Below, one piece after another: positions 26,067 to 34,257 of a DNA stretch of 62,865 bases; within the stretch, counting starts at the first letter, position 1, and the number at the start of each line of letters is the position of its first letter. The position numbers were made by a program, and so were the translations under genes. Below the pieces are notes generated by a model. That model ran no database searches. It was not told the DNA's origin and saw only the letters and a list, made by a program, of their open reading frames with translations. The stretch lies in IMG/VR virus record IMGVR_UViG_3300032117_000008; one strand, written 5' to 3'. The DNA comes from an uncultured virus (IMG/VR IMGVR_UViG_3300032117_000008). Lineage: Duplodnaviria > Heunggongvirae > Uroviricota > Caudoviricetes.

Positions 26067-26159
26067 GCTTCTGTAGTGTAACGGTCAGCACCCGGTCCTT
26101 ATAAGTCCGTATCGCCAGATTAGCGAGGAGTCTTGGTTCGAATCCAAGCAGAAGCACCA
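26067..26159 (+). tRNA. tRNA with UAU anticodon (Ile) and a long variable arm
   Basis: GCTTCTG/CAGAAGC acceptor, loop CT-TAT-AA, V-arm TCGC-cagatta-GCGA, TTCGAAT T-loop, ACCA. Confidence 0.85.
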
Positions 26160-26180
26160 ATTTTTAAGGGTATGATATTA

Positions 26181-26408
26181 ATGGAAGCATTAGCGAATAG
26201 TAATTCTTTTATAGAAGATATAGAAAAGTTATGTCGAACTAAAAACATAGAATACATAGACGCTGTTGTGCTTTGGTGTGAAAAAAACAATCTCGAAGTT
26301 GAAACAGCAGCGTATTGGATACGTAAAGATCCAACGATGAAATCAAAAATTCAAGCTGAAGCGGAAGTCCTTAACATACTTAAAAGATCGGCACGCCTTC
26401 CTATTTGA
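26181..26408 (+). CDS. 33: Late transcription co-activator gp33
   Basis: F..IE......YIDAVV..CE.N.LE.E...K.KIQ.EA..LN.L pattern; upstream of 59 and 32. Confidence 0.85.
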   Translation: MEALANSNSFIEDIEKLCRTKNIEYIDAVVLWCEKNNLEVETAAYWIRKDPTMKSKIQAEAEVLNILKRSARLPI

Positions 26409-26445
26409 TAAATATAAGATGGAATCAAATAGGGAGAGTACCATG
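26397..26445 (+). promoter_or_regulatory. Late promoter (GATAAATA) plus 13-bp SD-sequestering hairpin
   Basis: CTTCCTATTTGAT (26397-26409) pairs with ATCAAATAGGGAG (26424-26436). Confidence 0.75.
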
Positions 26446-26919
26446 TATCTCAGAACTATAGGGAAACCATCCAAAATACAATTAAAACTTTGCAAAGAAG
26501 CTGTGAAGTTTTATGGTAAATTTCTTTTAGGCGAAAATTTATATAATAAAGTATCAATAAAATTAAAATTTGACGAAACTATAATCAAATCTAAAGATTT
26601 TGCGTATTGTGGTTGGGACGATAATAATCACCGATCTAGAGAATTTACGATAGTAATATCGCCTGTTCTTAATAGAAAACTTATGCTTAAGACCCTTGCT
26701 CACGAAATGGTTCACGTCAAACAATACGCGAAAGGCGAGCTTAAAGATTATCTAATATCAAACAAATCAAAATGGAAGGGCGAAGTATTCATTCATGATG
26801 AAGTAGAATACTGGTTTCAACCTTGGGAAATAGAAGCCCATGGTATGGAAATGGGATTATATTTAAAATTTGTTGAACATATGAGAGGAAAAAAAGATGA
26901 GCGTAAAAGCTTATGTTGA
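26443..26919 (+). CDS. HExxH zinc metallopeptidase-like protein
   Basis: TLAHEMVHVKQY...PWEIEA. Confidence 0.8.
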   Translation: MYLRTIGKPSKIQLKLCKEAVKFYGKFLLGENLYNKVSIKLKFDETIIKSKDFAYCGWDDNNHRSREFTIVISPVLNRKLMLKTLAHEMVHVKQYAKGELKDYLISNKSKWKGEVFIHDEVEYWFQPWEIEAHGMEMGLYLKFVEHMRGKKDERKSLC

Positions 26920-27124
26920 AACTGTAGTTGATGTTGTCCTTGATGATATCGCCGAAGAAGATTTGATTGATTATCTCGAGGATAAAGGATATGTGATCAA
27001 AGAAGGCGAATCCGTAAGCGAAATAGAAAATCTATATTACGATTGGCTTTCTCTTCCACCAGATGCTTTTAATAAAGTTCTCAAGAAATTTTTCAGCGAA
27101 CAATTAGACAAGATTGTTGTATGA
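26897..27124 (+). CDS. Acidic hypothetical protein
   Basis: Overlaps both neighbours; GAGG SD. Confidence 0.6.
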   Translation: MSVKAYVETVVDVVLDDIAEEDLIDYLEDKGYVIKEGESVSEIENLYYDWLSLPPDAFNKVLKKFFSEQLDKIVV

Positions 27125-27702
27125 CCACAGCAATAGAAGCGTATAAAGAATATCTGGCTCTTAAAAATCATTTTACCAAAACATCCTATAATTATTTTAA
27201 GTACAATGGTAAGGCTAGAGTAAATCAATCAACGTTTGAAGCAAGAAAAGATAAACTGTTTTTTCAAAAGCTAGCGAAACATCCGGACGTAAAGAACTTT
27301 TTGGTCGCCAATTTTTCAATTAACGAGAAAACCTGGATCAAAGAATTAGCATATTCAGAAGAAGCTGAGAATAATTATAAGGACTGGCTGAAACGACAGC
27401 AGTCCTTATCTTACGTTTTCAAACAAGATTTGTCAAAATTAGACGACAATTTCAACGATAACTTTATTTGTCGTGATAATGAACATCCGATTTTATTAAA
27501 GAAATATCTAGGAAAAGAAATTTCCCTAGAAACTTTATGTTTGCTTTTAGATATCACTGGCGCTAAAAAGCATTGGGATACTAAAATGCAATACGATTTG
27601 GTTTGGGATAATCTACGAACCAGAGTGGAGAAATATACTCCTTTTATTAATGTTGATAAAGAAAAGATCAAAAAATTGATAGTTGACTTTTTCATTGAAT
27701 AG
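27121..27702 (+). CDS. 59: Helicase loader gp59
   Basis: YLALKNHF..YNYFKYNGK, RKDK.FF.KL, ISLETL, KYTPF. Confidence 0.9.
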   Translation: MTTAIEAYKEYLALKNHFTKTSYNYFKYNGKARVNQSTFEARKDKLFFQKLAKHPDVKNFLVANFSINEKTWIKELAYSEEAENNYKDWLKRQQSLSYVFKQDLSKLDDNFNDNFICRDNEHPILLKKYLGKEISLETLCLLLDITGAKKHWDTKMQYDLVWDNLRTRVEKYTPFINVDKEKIKKLIVDFFIE

Positions 27703-27782
27703 GTTATACTAAATAATGTTGGACGCTATACGTGGTCCAATGCAAAACATACATTGCTATACAAAACATACGGAGAATATAT

Positions 27783-28685
27783 ATGGTAGATTTTAAAAAA
27801 CTTAAGTCGATGTCTGGTAAGAAGTCTCTCGAAGCACTTAACGCAGAACTTTCAAAGATTTCTGGTGGACAAGAAGGTAAAAAGGGCGATGATCGTTTGT
27901 GGTCGCCAACAGTAGATAAGGCTGGTAACGGTTATGCCGTTATTCGTTTCCTTCCTCCTCCCGCTAATGAAGATGTTCCTTTTGTTCGTCTTTTCGATCA
28001 CGGATTTCAAGGACCGGGCGGTTGGTACATCGAAAACTCACTAACCACAATTGGTAAGGATGATCCAGTTTCTGAGTATAATACCAAGCTTTGGAACAGC
28101 GGTATTGAAGCTAATAAGGAAATTGCTCGTAAACAGAAGCGTCGTTTACATTTCATTTCAAATATTTACGTCGTAACAGATTCAGGTAATCCCGCCAATG
28201 AAGGCAAGGTTTTCTTGTTCAAGTATGGCAAGAAGATTTTTGATAAGCTCAACGAAGCTATGAATCCTCAGTTTGAAGATGAAGATGCAGTTAACCCATT
28301 TGATCTTTGGGCTGGCGCAAACTTCAAGCTTAAGATTCGTCAGGTTGAAGGCTATCGTAATTATGATAAGTCAGAATTTGACAAGGTTAAGCCATTGCTT
28401 GATGATGACGAAGAACTTGAAAAGGTTTGGAAGTCAGAACATTCGCTACAAGAATTTCTTGATCACAAAAATTTCAAGAGCTATGATGAACTCAAGGCTA
28501 AATTGTCGAAGGTTCTCAATGAAGCCGCGTCGACTGTTGCTCGCGCGGAAGAGGAAGATATTCCTTGGGCACGTACAGAAGCTCCACCAAAGCAGAAGTC
28601 GGCTCCGGAGCCAAAGATCCAGGCTATGGAAGACGATGACGATGAATCTTTGGAGTTTTTTAATAAGCTTGCAAAAGGTAATTGA
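27783..28685 (+). CDS. 32: Single-stranded DNA-binding protein gp32
   Basis: DKAGNGYAVIRFLP, WYIENSLTT, YGKKIFDK, GANFKLK, acidic tail. Confidence 0.97.
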   Translation: MVDFKKLKSMSGKKSLEALNAELSKISGGQEGKKGDDRLWSPTVDKAGNGYAVIRFLPPPANEDVPFVRLFDHGFQGPGGWYIENSLTTIGKDDPVSEYNTKLWNSGIEANKEIARKQKRRLHFISNIYVVTDSGNPANEGKVFLFKYGKKIFDKLNEAMNPQFEDEDAVNPFDLWAGANFKLKIRQVEGYRNYDKSEFDKVKPLLDDDEELEKVWKSEHSLQEFLDHKNFKSYDELKAKLSKVLNEAASTVARAEEEDIPWARTEAPPKQKSAPEPKIQAMEDDDDESLEFFNKLAKGN

Positions 28686-28689
28686 GATT

Positions 28690-28714
28690 AAGGAGCCTTC
28701 GGGCTCCTTTTTTA
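28690..28714. terminator. Terminator between convergent genes
   Basis: AAGGAGCC-TTCG-GGCTCCTT-TTTT. Confidence 0.9.
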
Positions 28715-30805
28715 TGAGATTTGTGAATAACGCGTAGCAAATCTAGGCGCTAATCCTGCTATTTCGTGGGCCCAATCTGGGCTAGAATTTTTAGTATGTT
28801 CTGGTATACCTTCTCTATTAATAGCCGATTGAGATTTAGGATTTATAGAAGGAGCGGCGGTCATTTGCGTGGGAGTTGATGATTGTTGTGCGTTCATTGG
28901 TCTAGGTTGCGGTATTGGGCCAGGTGCAGGGGAAGAAATTACGCTTAATATGTTTCCTGCTAAACCACCAAGAGCCGCTCCTCTTTTTCCCCCTAAAACT
29001 CCGCCTAATAAATTACCTATCGACGCCATAGGACTATCGGATAACCTACTAGGTGTATTTGTTGTTATATCTTGTTGTAATGAATTTGATTTAGAATCAA
29101 CGGCACCAGGTATTTCGCTGTTATTAAAATTTTTATTATCAGCGCCTCCGCCTCTTCTTATCATAGTTTTCCCATCAACAGGCACAAAATATTTTTTTAC
29201 TTTACCGCTAGTGTTGCCGGCTATCATTTCAACTTTGCCGTTTTCATAAACCCCTGTGGCTATTCCAACGTGACCACCTGTTTGGTTTGGACCTTTTCCT
29301 CGAGTTAATAAAACAACGTCTCCTGATTTTACTTGTTCAGGATTTACGGGAGTCCCCCAATTTTGAAAACTGTTGGCTACAGCCGAACCTGTACCTGAAA
29401 TTCCAGTTTGTTTTAAGGATGAATTGACAAATTCAGCGCACCAAGCTTCCCCTTTATTATCAAAGCCGCCTTTTGATAAAAAGCTCAAAGAATCTTGTCT
29501 ACTTTTCCCTATCATTGAACTTGCAATTTTTGAAGCATCGCCGCCTTTTTCGTTTGACATATTATTGTCTGAATTTTTAGGAATAACAGAAAAAGGCGCT
29601 GCGCTTTGTTTTCTTATTTGTTTATTTTCTGAAGAAATTTCTTGTGTCGAAAAATTATCTGACTGATTTAAATATTTTTTATATTCTCCATTAGAATATT
29701 TCGACCAAGCATTAAATCCTTTTTGTCTTAAAATTTTCACTGCTGCTTTAGCGTTGTTTTGTGGGTCGAATAAATCGTCAGGACTTTGTAAACCAAATTC
29801 TTTAACTCTACCCGCCAATTTTCCATATAGATTAATTTGCCACAATCCGTAAGAATTATCTCTACCTTTAGTATTATGAGAATTAGGATTGCCGCTTGAT
29901 TCCGCCATAGCAATAGCGCCAAGTGTCTTAGCTTCTTCTGGAGTTGCGCCAGCTTGGCTTGCTAATTGGGCGGCGGAAGAAGCTGAATATGTTCCGTTGG
30001 ATTTATGATTTAACGAAATTTTCGATATACTGCCGGTTTCATTTTTTTGGTTTGTTTCCGGAACATTATTTCCTTTGTCATCGAGAGTATAATTTTTGCC
30101 CGTCCAAAATTCGTTATCTCTATATTTGTTTGGAGATTCAGATTTAGGGTTATCGGCAGTATTCCCGCCCATACCTTTATTTTTAGCGTTTTCTCTTTCT
30201 TGTCTTTTCAGGGCTTCTAATTCTTCTTGAGATTGAGTTAATTTATAATATATAAAATATCCTATAGAAGTTATGGCCGCTAGACCAGCAACCACCGCCG
30301 CGCCCGTCGCGAGCACCGGGGCGAGCTCGACCGCTAGACCAGCGGCCGCCACGGCGGCCAGGCGCCCGCCTATTTTCTTCAATGCTTCTTTAGCCCCTAA
30401 AGCCCCTAAAGAAGATACAGCATCTCCAAGTAAACTGTTCCCGCCCTCTTTTTTACCTTTTTCTTCGGTCAACAAATCGTTTAAAGTTCCGCTAACGCTT
30501 GTTAATTCTCCAAGCATTTGTCTTTGAATGTTTATGGAATTTTGTAGAAGTTGATTGGTGTTGTCTATTTTACGAGCAACGTTTTCGGTTTCAGTAACGC
30601 TAGTTTCTATGGCGTCTGTTAAATTTTGAAGGTCGTTTTTTTGTTTAGAAAAATAAGAATTCAAATCCTTGGCAAAATTGGCCATGGATTGTGTATTATC
30701 ATTCGCAGCTTGTTTGAAAGACGTGACAGATTCTTCAGAAACTCGCTTATTGTCGTTAGCGACGCTCTTAATTTGTTCTGTTAAATGTCCAAGATCATCT
30801 GCCAT
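28712..30805 (-). CDS. Tape-measure/hub-like protein with lytic transglycosylase and CHAP-like domains
   Basis: Coiled-coil N-terminus, TM segment, AIAMAESSGN..SYGLWQIN, AWCAEFVN..GDVV..GHVG; follows 26 and 51. Confidence 0.7.
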   Translation of the reverse strand: MADDLGHLTEQIKSVANDNKRVSEESVTSFKQAANDNTQSMANFAKDLNSYFSKQKNDLQNLTDAIETSVTETENVARKIDNTNQLLQNSINIQRQMLGELTSVSGTLNDLLTEEKGKKEGGNSLLGDAVSSLGALGAKEALKKIGGRLAAVAAAGLAVELAPVLATGAAVVAGLAAITSIGYFIYYKLTQSQEELEALKRQERENAKNKGMGGNTADNPKSESPNKYRDNEFWTGKNYTLDDKGNNVPETNQKNETGSISKISLNHKSNGTYSASSAAQLASQAGATPEEAKTLGAIAMAESSGNPNSHNTKGRDNSYGLWQINLYGKLAGRVKEFGLQSPDDLFDPQNNAKAAVKILRQKGFNAWSKYSNGEYKKYLNQSDNFSTQEISSENKQIRKQSAAPFSVIPKNSDNNMSNEKGGDASKIASSMIGKSRQDSLSFLSKGGFDNKGEAWCAEFVNSSLKQTGISGTGSAVANSFQNWGTPVNPEQVKSGDVVLLTRGKGPNQTGGHVGIATGVYENGKVEMIAGNTSGKVKKYFVPVDGKTMIRRGGGADNKNFNNSEIPGAVDSKSNSLQQDITTNTPSRLSDSPMASIGNLLGGVLGGKRGAALGGLAGNILSVISSPAPGPIPQPRPMNAQQSSTPTQMTAAPSINPKSQSAINREGIPEHTKNSSPDWAHEIAGLAPRFATRYSQIS

Positions 30806-30979
30806 TTATTGTCCGTTGTTTTGTTTTTCTTCTAGTTCTTTGAGGTATACAATTAACATTTGTACATAGATATCGCGTTCAAAAGGCGTTAAATTTTCAA
30901 CATCAGATAACGAGTATTTATGGTGTTGAACCAAAGAGAAAACTGTTTTGTAATAGTTTTCCAGAGTATTATGGCTCAA
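30806..30979 (-). CDS. 51: gp51-like baseplate hub assembly protein (not in ORF track; no ATG at its 5' end)
   Basis: LSHNTLENYYKTVFSLVQHHKYSLSDVENLTPFERDIYV; lies in the -1 frame of gp26. Confidence 0.8.
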   Translation of the reverse strand: MSHNTLENYYKTVFSLVQHHKYSLSDVENLTPFERDIYVQMLIVYLKELEEKQNNGQ

Positions 30980-31686
30980 CGCAACGTAAAAAAATCGTCA
31001 AGAGAACTCAACTCAATTTTTCTATCATGACCCAAAGAATTTTTATACTCAATCACATGTTTAATTTTAGGTGTGTTTGTTAGGAACTCTTGAATAGAAC
31101 TAAAGGTTTTGCTATCCAAATTTTCTAGAAATTCACCGATTTCTTTGGGTTTGTATTCTTTGGCTTCGTAAACATTATCACCGTCGTAAATTTTATCAAT
31201 ACATCTGATAATCAATTCGAATAGATAATCTTTTTTCAAATTAAGAAAATCTTTATCATCATAAAGAGTTGAAGATGGATATTTCATAACAATACCAGTC
31301 TTGTTTGTTATCTTAATATTATTATCAATTTTTTCCGGGAACTCAACTTCGACATTGTTTAGATCTATCTCAAAATCGTAAGTTTTTTCATCTTCAGCAT
31401 CTTTGTAAGAAACTTTACAAACGTTATCTACTGAAAAAGCTCTTAACTTTAAGAACAAATATTCAAGATCAAAGATAGCCAATTTATTAACGTCAAACCC
31501 TCTATCGGAACAGCAGTTGTTAACAACTTGTTTAATCGCAGTCAAGATATCAGAAGCTGTTTCTGATTCTTTGGCCATTAACAAAAGCTTTTCTTCTTTA
31601 ACCAAAAATGGTCTGAATTTAAAGGCTTTTTTCAAAGAAGGTATATTGATATTATATGTTGGATAAGAAATTTTAGGTAAAGACAT
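30976..31686 (-). CDS. 26: Baseplate hub assembly protein gp26
   Basis: MSLPKI..P.Y, FRPFLVKEEKLLLMA, FDLEYLFLKLRA.SV. Confidence 0.88.
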   Translation of the reverse strand: MSLPKISYPTYNINIPSLKKAFKFRPFLVKEEKLLLMAKESETASDILTAIKQVVNNCCSDRGFDVNKLAIFDLEYLFLKLRAFSVDNVCKVSYKDAEDEKTYDFEIDLNNVEVEFPEKIDNNIKITNKTGIVMKYPSSTLYDDKDFLNLKKDYLFELIIRCIDKIYDGDNVYEAKEYKPKEIGEFLENLDSKTFSSIQEFLTNTPKIKHVIEYKNSLGHDRKIELSSLDDFFTLR

Positions 31687-31701
31687 AATGTACTCCATTA
31701 A

Positions 31702-32388
31702 TTATTTAAAAAGCGACGCGCCTGCGCCAACTGATGAATTTTGAATCATGAAATCTGTGAAAGCAATGGCGACGTTTATTTTCAATAGTTGGTTCGAATC
31801 GTTCCAGTTCAATTGAACGTCGTTTACTGCGTATGGGTATGCTTGAGTGTAATCTATTATTTGTACGGCGTTACCGTAATTATCGTATATGATTAGAGAA
31901 ATAGTTGTGCTATAATCGTCTTTATAACGTAAAGAATAATTGCCTGAATTGTTATAAAAACTAGCCTGGTTACCTTGTCCTGTTGAACTATCGTTTCCGG
32001 AAAATTGAAATACCGATTGCATCCATTGATACCAAAACTGCCAAATTTCTCCATAACCATCGGATATAAATGTGGCGTTAAGAGTATTGAAAGAAGCATT
32101 AAATGGTTGTTTTTGTGCTATACCAACACCGTATCTATTAACGTCCTGAACTGCTAAAGTCACCGAAGGAACATTAATAGCGTCCGCGCGAAACATTAAT
32201 CTTTGTGATATATCTTGAGTTGATACTGGATTTGGTAAAGGATTAGATGAACTTGACCCAACGCTTGGAACAGATAAGCTAGAACCTCTAAGTATTGGCG
32301 GAGGTGTTACGTATATCTGATACTTGTTGGTTTGTAAATAACCATAATTAGCTATTTCAGTTTTGAATGTGCTGATATTAAATGGCAT
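31702..32388 (-). CDS. Tail tube-fold protein (gp54-like tube initiator)
   Basis: FNISTFK, F..W.Q, AYP..V....L.W pattern; position in the module. Confidence 0.65.
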   Translation of the reverse strand: MPFNISTFKTEIANYGYLQTNKYQIYVTPPPILRGSSLSVPSVGSSSSNPLPNPVSTQDISQRLMFRADAINVPSVTLAVQDVNRYGVGIAQKQPFNASFNTLNATFISDGYGEIWQFWYQWMQSVFQFSGNDSSTGQGNQASFYNNSGNYSLRYKDDYSTTISLIIYDNYGNAVQIIDYTQAYPYAVNDVQLNWNDSNQLLKINVAIAFTDFMIQNSSVGAGASLFK

Positions 32389-32396
32389 TTTGATTC

Positions 32397-32954
32397 CTAA
32401 TAAGGCGGTGAATCGGCGTATCTTTTATCACTGTTCACAACCCATTTTTGTAACGGCATCATTACAACTTTATTCCAATCGGTCGGATTCACATAATGAA
32501 ACGAACTTCTTACATGACCGTACAAATAACGTTTCACACAATTTTGATATCCAGAAAAACGTATAGAATAAGATTTTAACATTTTATAAGAAATATTCAG
32601 TTTTGTAGTTTCGTCATATTTATCATTGTTAGCCAAAGCTGTTAGAGCATCAAGCAAAGCCGCTCTACCCATTGGCGGTAGATAATGTAAGTTTAGACCA
32701 AGAAATCCATCACTGTAATATTCAATAGGAATAACTAAAGGATATGCGTCGTAGAAAGGTAAAGTCGCTTTGAGTTTTGGATCATAAACGAATAGATACA
32801 TATTACCGATTTTAGGGAAACTGTTTTTTTTGAAAAGATTATTAGGATTCTTTGTTATATCTTTTACTTGTTGACCAAACCATTGAGCGGCCTGTTTGGC
32901 TTGAGATAAAATACTCGTACCAGCTTGTCTAAGTAATGCGTAAAAATCCGCCAT
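32397..32954 (-). CDS. 2: DNA end protector gp2
   Basis: MYLFVYDPK.K.TLPFYD.YPL, GFLGLNLHYLP. Confidence 0.9.
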   Translation of the reverse strand: MADFYALLRQAGTSILSQAKQAAQWFGQQVKDITKNPNNLFKKNSFPKIGNMYLFVYDPKLKATLPFYDAYPLVIPIEYYSDGFLGLNLHYLPPMGRAALLDALTALANNDKYDETTKLNISYKMLKSYSIRFSGYQNCVKRYLYGHVRSSFHYVNPTDWNKVVMMPLQKWVVNSDKRYADSPPY

Positions 32955-33397
32955 TAATATTTAATCCCAAGTTCTGTTTCTGTGAACACGTGAAAAGACC
33001 ATCCTCTATCTTTACAATACTCTAGAGCAGCCTTCCATTTAGCCTCGTTAACGCCCCAAGTCGTTACTTCGTTAAGATATCTTTTTGTCATTTTTTGTTG
33101 CTTTTTTGGCGGTTGAGTTTGACTTTTGGGTTTTACTTCTATCAAAGCTGTTTCTTTAAGACCTTTGTTATTTATTTTGGTAACAATGAAATCTACGAAA
33201 TAACGATGTATTTTACCGTCAATTGGCGATCTGTAAGGGATTATTATTTCTTCAGAACCCCAAGAAATAATTTCTTTATGATCGTCTAGATAATTCATCA
33301 TCTTCAATTCCCAAGAACTCCTATAAATAATATTAGTGGGATCGCCACGATATTTTTGTGGATTCTTAGGCTTGAATTTCCCTTTATAAGTTGCCAT
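32954..33397 (-). CDS. 4: Head completion nuclease gp4
   Basis: YKGKFKPKNP.KY.GD..IIYRSSWE, HRYFVDF, IEVKP, NEAKW. Confidence 0.92.
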   Translation of the reverse strand: MATYKGKFKPKNPQKYRGDPTNIIYRSSWELKMMNYLDDHKEIISWGSEEIIIPYRSPIDGKIHRYFVDFIVTKINNKGLKETALIEVKPKSQTQPPKKQQKMTKRYLNEVTTWGVNEAKWKAALEYCKDRGWSFHVFTETELGIKY

Positions 33398-33408
33398 CTT
33401 AATTCCAT

Positions 33409-33434
33409 AATAAATACAATAAATAATATTTATT
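33409..33434. promoter_or_regulatory. Divergent late promoters
   Basis: AATAAATA at 33409 and 33418 (+) and at 33434-33427 (-). Confidence 0.65.
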
Positions 33435-33453
33435 AAACGATAAAGGTTTACTA

Positions 33454-34242
33454 ATGGCCACATTAACTGCTAATGGAGCTAATTTTTATAACGGTCAAAA
33501 CGGTTTCTCTCCTAGATACCCAACACCGCCACAAAGCGCAAGTATTGGTAATTTATGTTTTCCAACAGATTTGGTAAATAATAATAGAAATTTTTATATC
33601 ACTCTACAATTAGCAAATTATAACCGTTTTGGAGTTTCTGCTCCAGCAAGTTTAATACCAGAGGGATCTTTAACTTTACCAATACCGTTAAAAATTAACG
33701 AAACGCAAACAGTAGAATGGGATCAAGTAAGTTTAACCGCTCAAGGTCTCGGTGTTTTGCAAAAATTGGGCGCATCTATTGCTCCTAAATTAACTAAAAT
33801 ACTTGGCGGAGCTATATCCGCGTCAGATGACGCGCTTTCTGTTTCTAGCGGAATTCAAGTTAATCCTTTTTTAGTTATGCTCTTCAAAACTCAAAATTTT
33901 AAGCAACATAATTTGCAATGGATTTTAGCACCAAATAATTCTGCAGATCAAAATAGCCTTCAAAATATAGTCAATACTTTGAAAAACGCAATGCTCCCAA
34001 CTTCTATAGGAGGAGGAACAGGTTTGGGATATCCTATGATAGTCATACCTTATTTAAGTGTCGGTGCTTACACTTATAATTTTAAACCTTGCGCCATAGA
34101 TTCTTTATCGGTCGATTGGTCAGCTGGAGAAACGCCAGCGTTTTTCAAAGATCAATCGCCTGCTCTTGTGAGTTTGACTATGCAATTAAAAGAAATTGAA
34201 CTTTGGTACCAAGGTGATATTACGAATTCTTCAATCCTTTAA
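33454..34242 (+). CDS. 48: Baseplate tail-tube cap gp48-like
   Basis: LPIP, VNPFLVMLF...F....W.LAP, LTMQLKEIE; precedes 53. Confidence 0.7.
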   Translation: MATLTANGANFYNGQNGFSPRYPTPPQSASIGNLCFPTDLVNNNRNFYITLQLANYNRFGVSAPASLIPEGSLTLPIPLKINETQTVEWDQVSLTAQGLGVLQKLGASIAPKLTKILGGAISASDDALSVSSGIQVNPFLVMLFKTQNFKQHNLQWILAPNNSADQNSLQNIVNTLKNAMLPTSIGGGTGLGYPMIVIPYLSVGAYTYNFKPCAIDSLSVDWSAGETPAFFKDQSPALVSLTMQLKEIELWYQGDITNSSIL

Positions 34243-34257
34243 TTTTTTGGAAAATAA

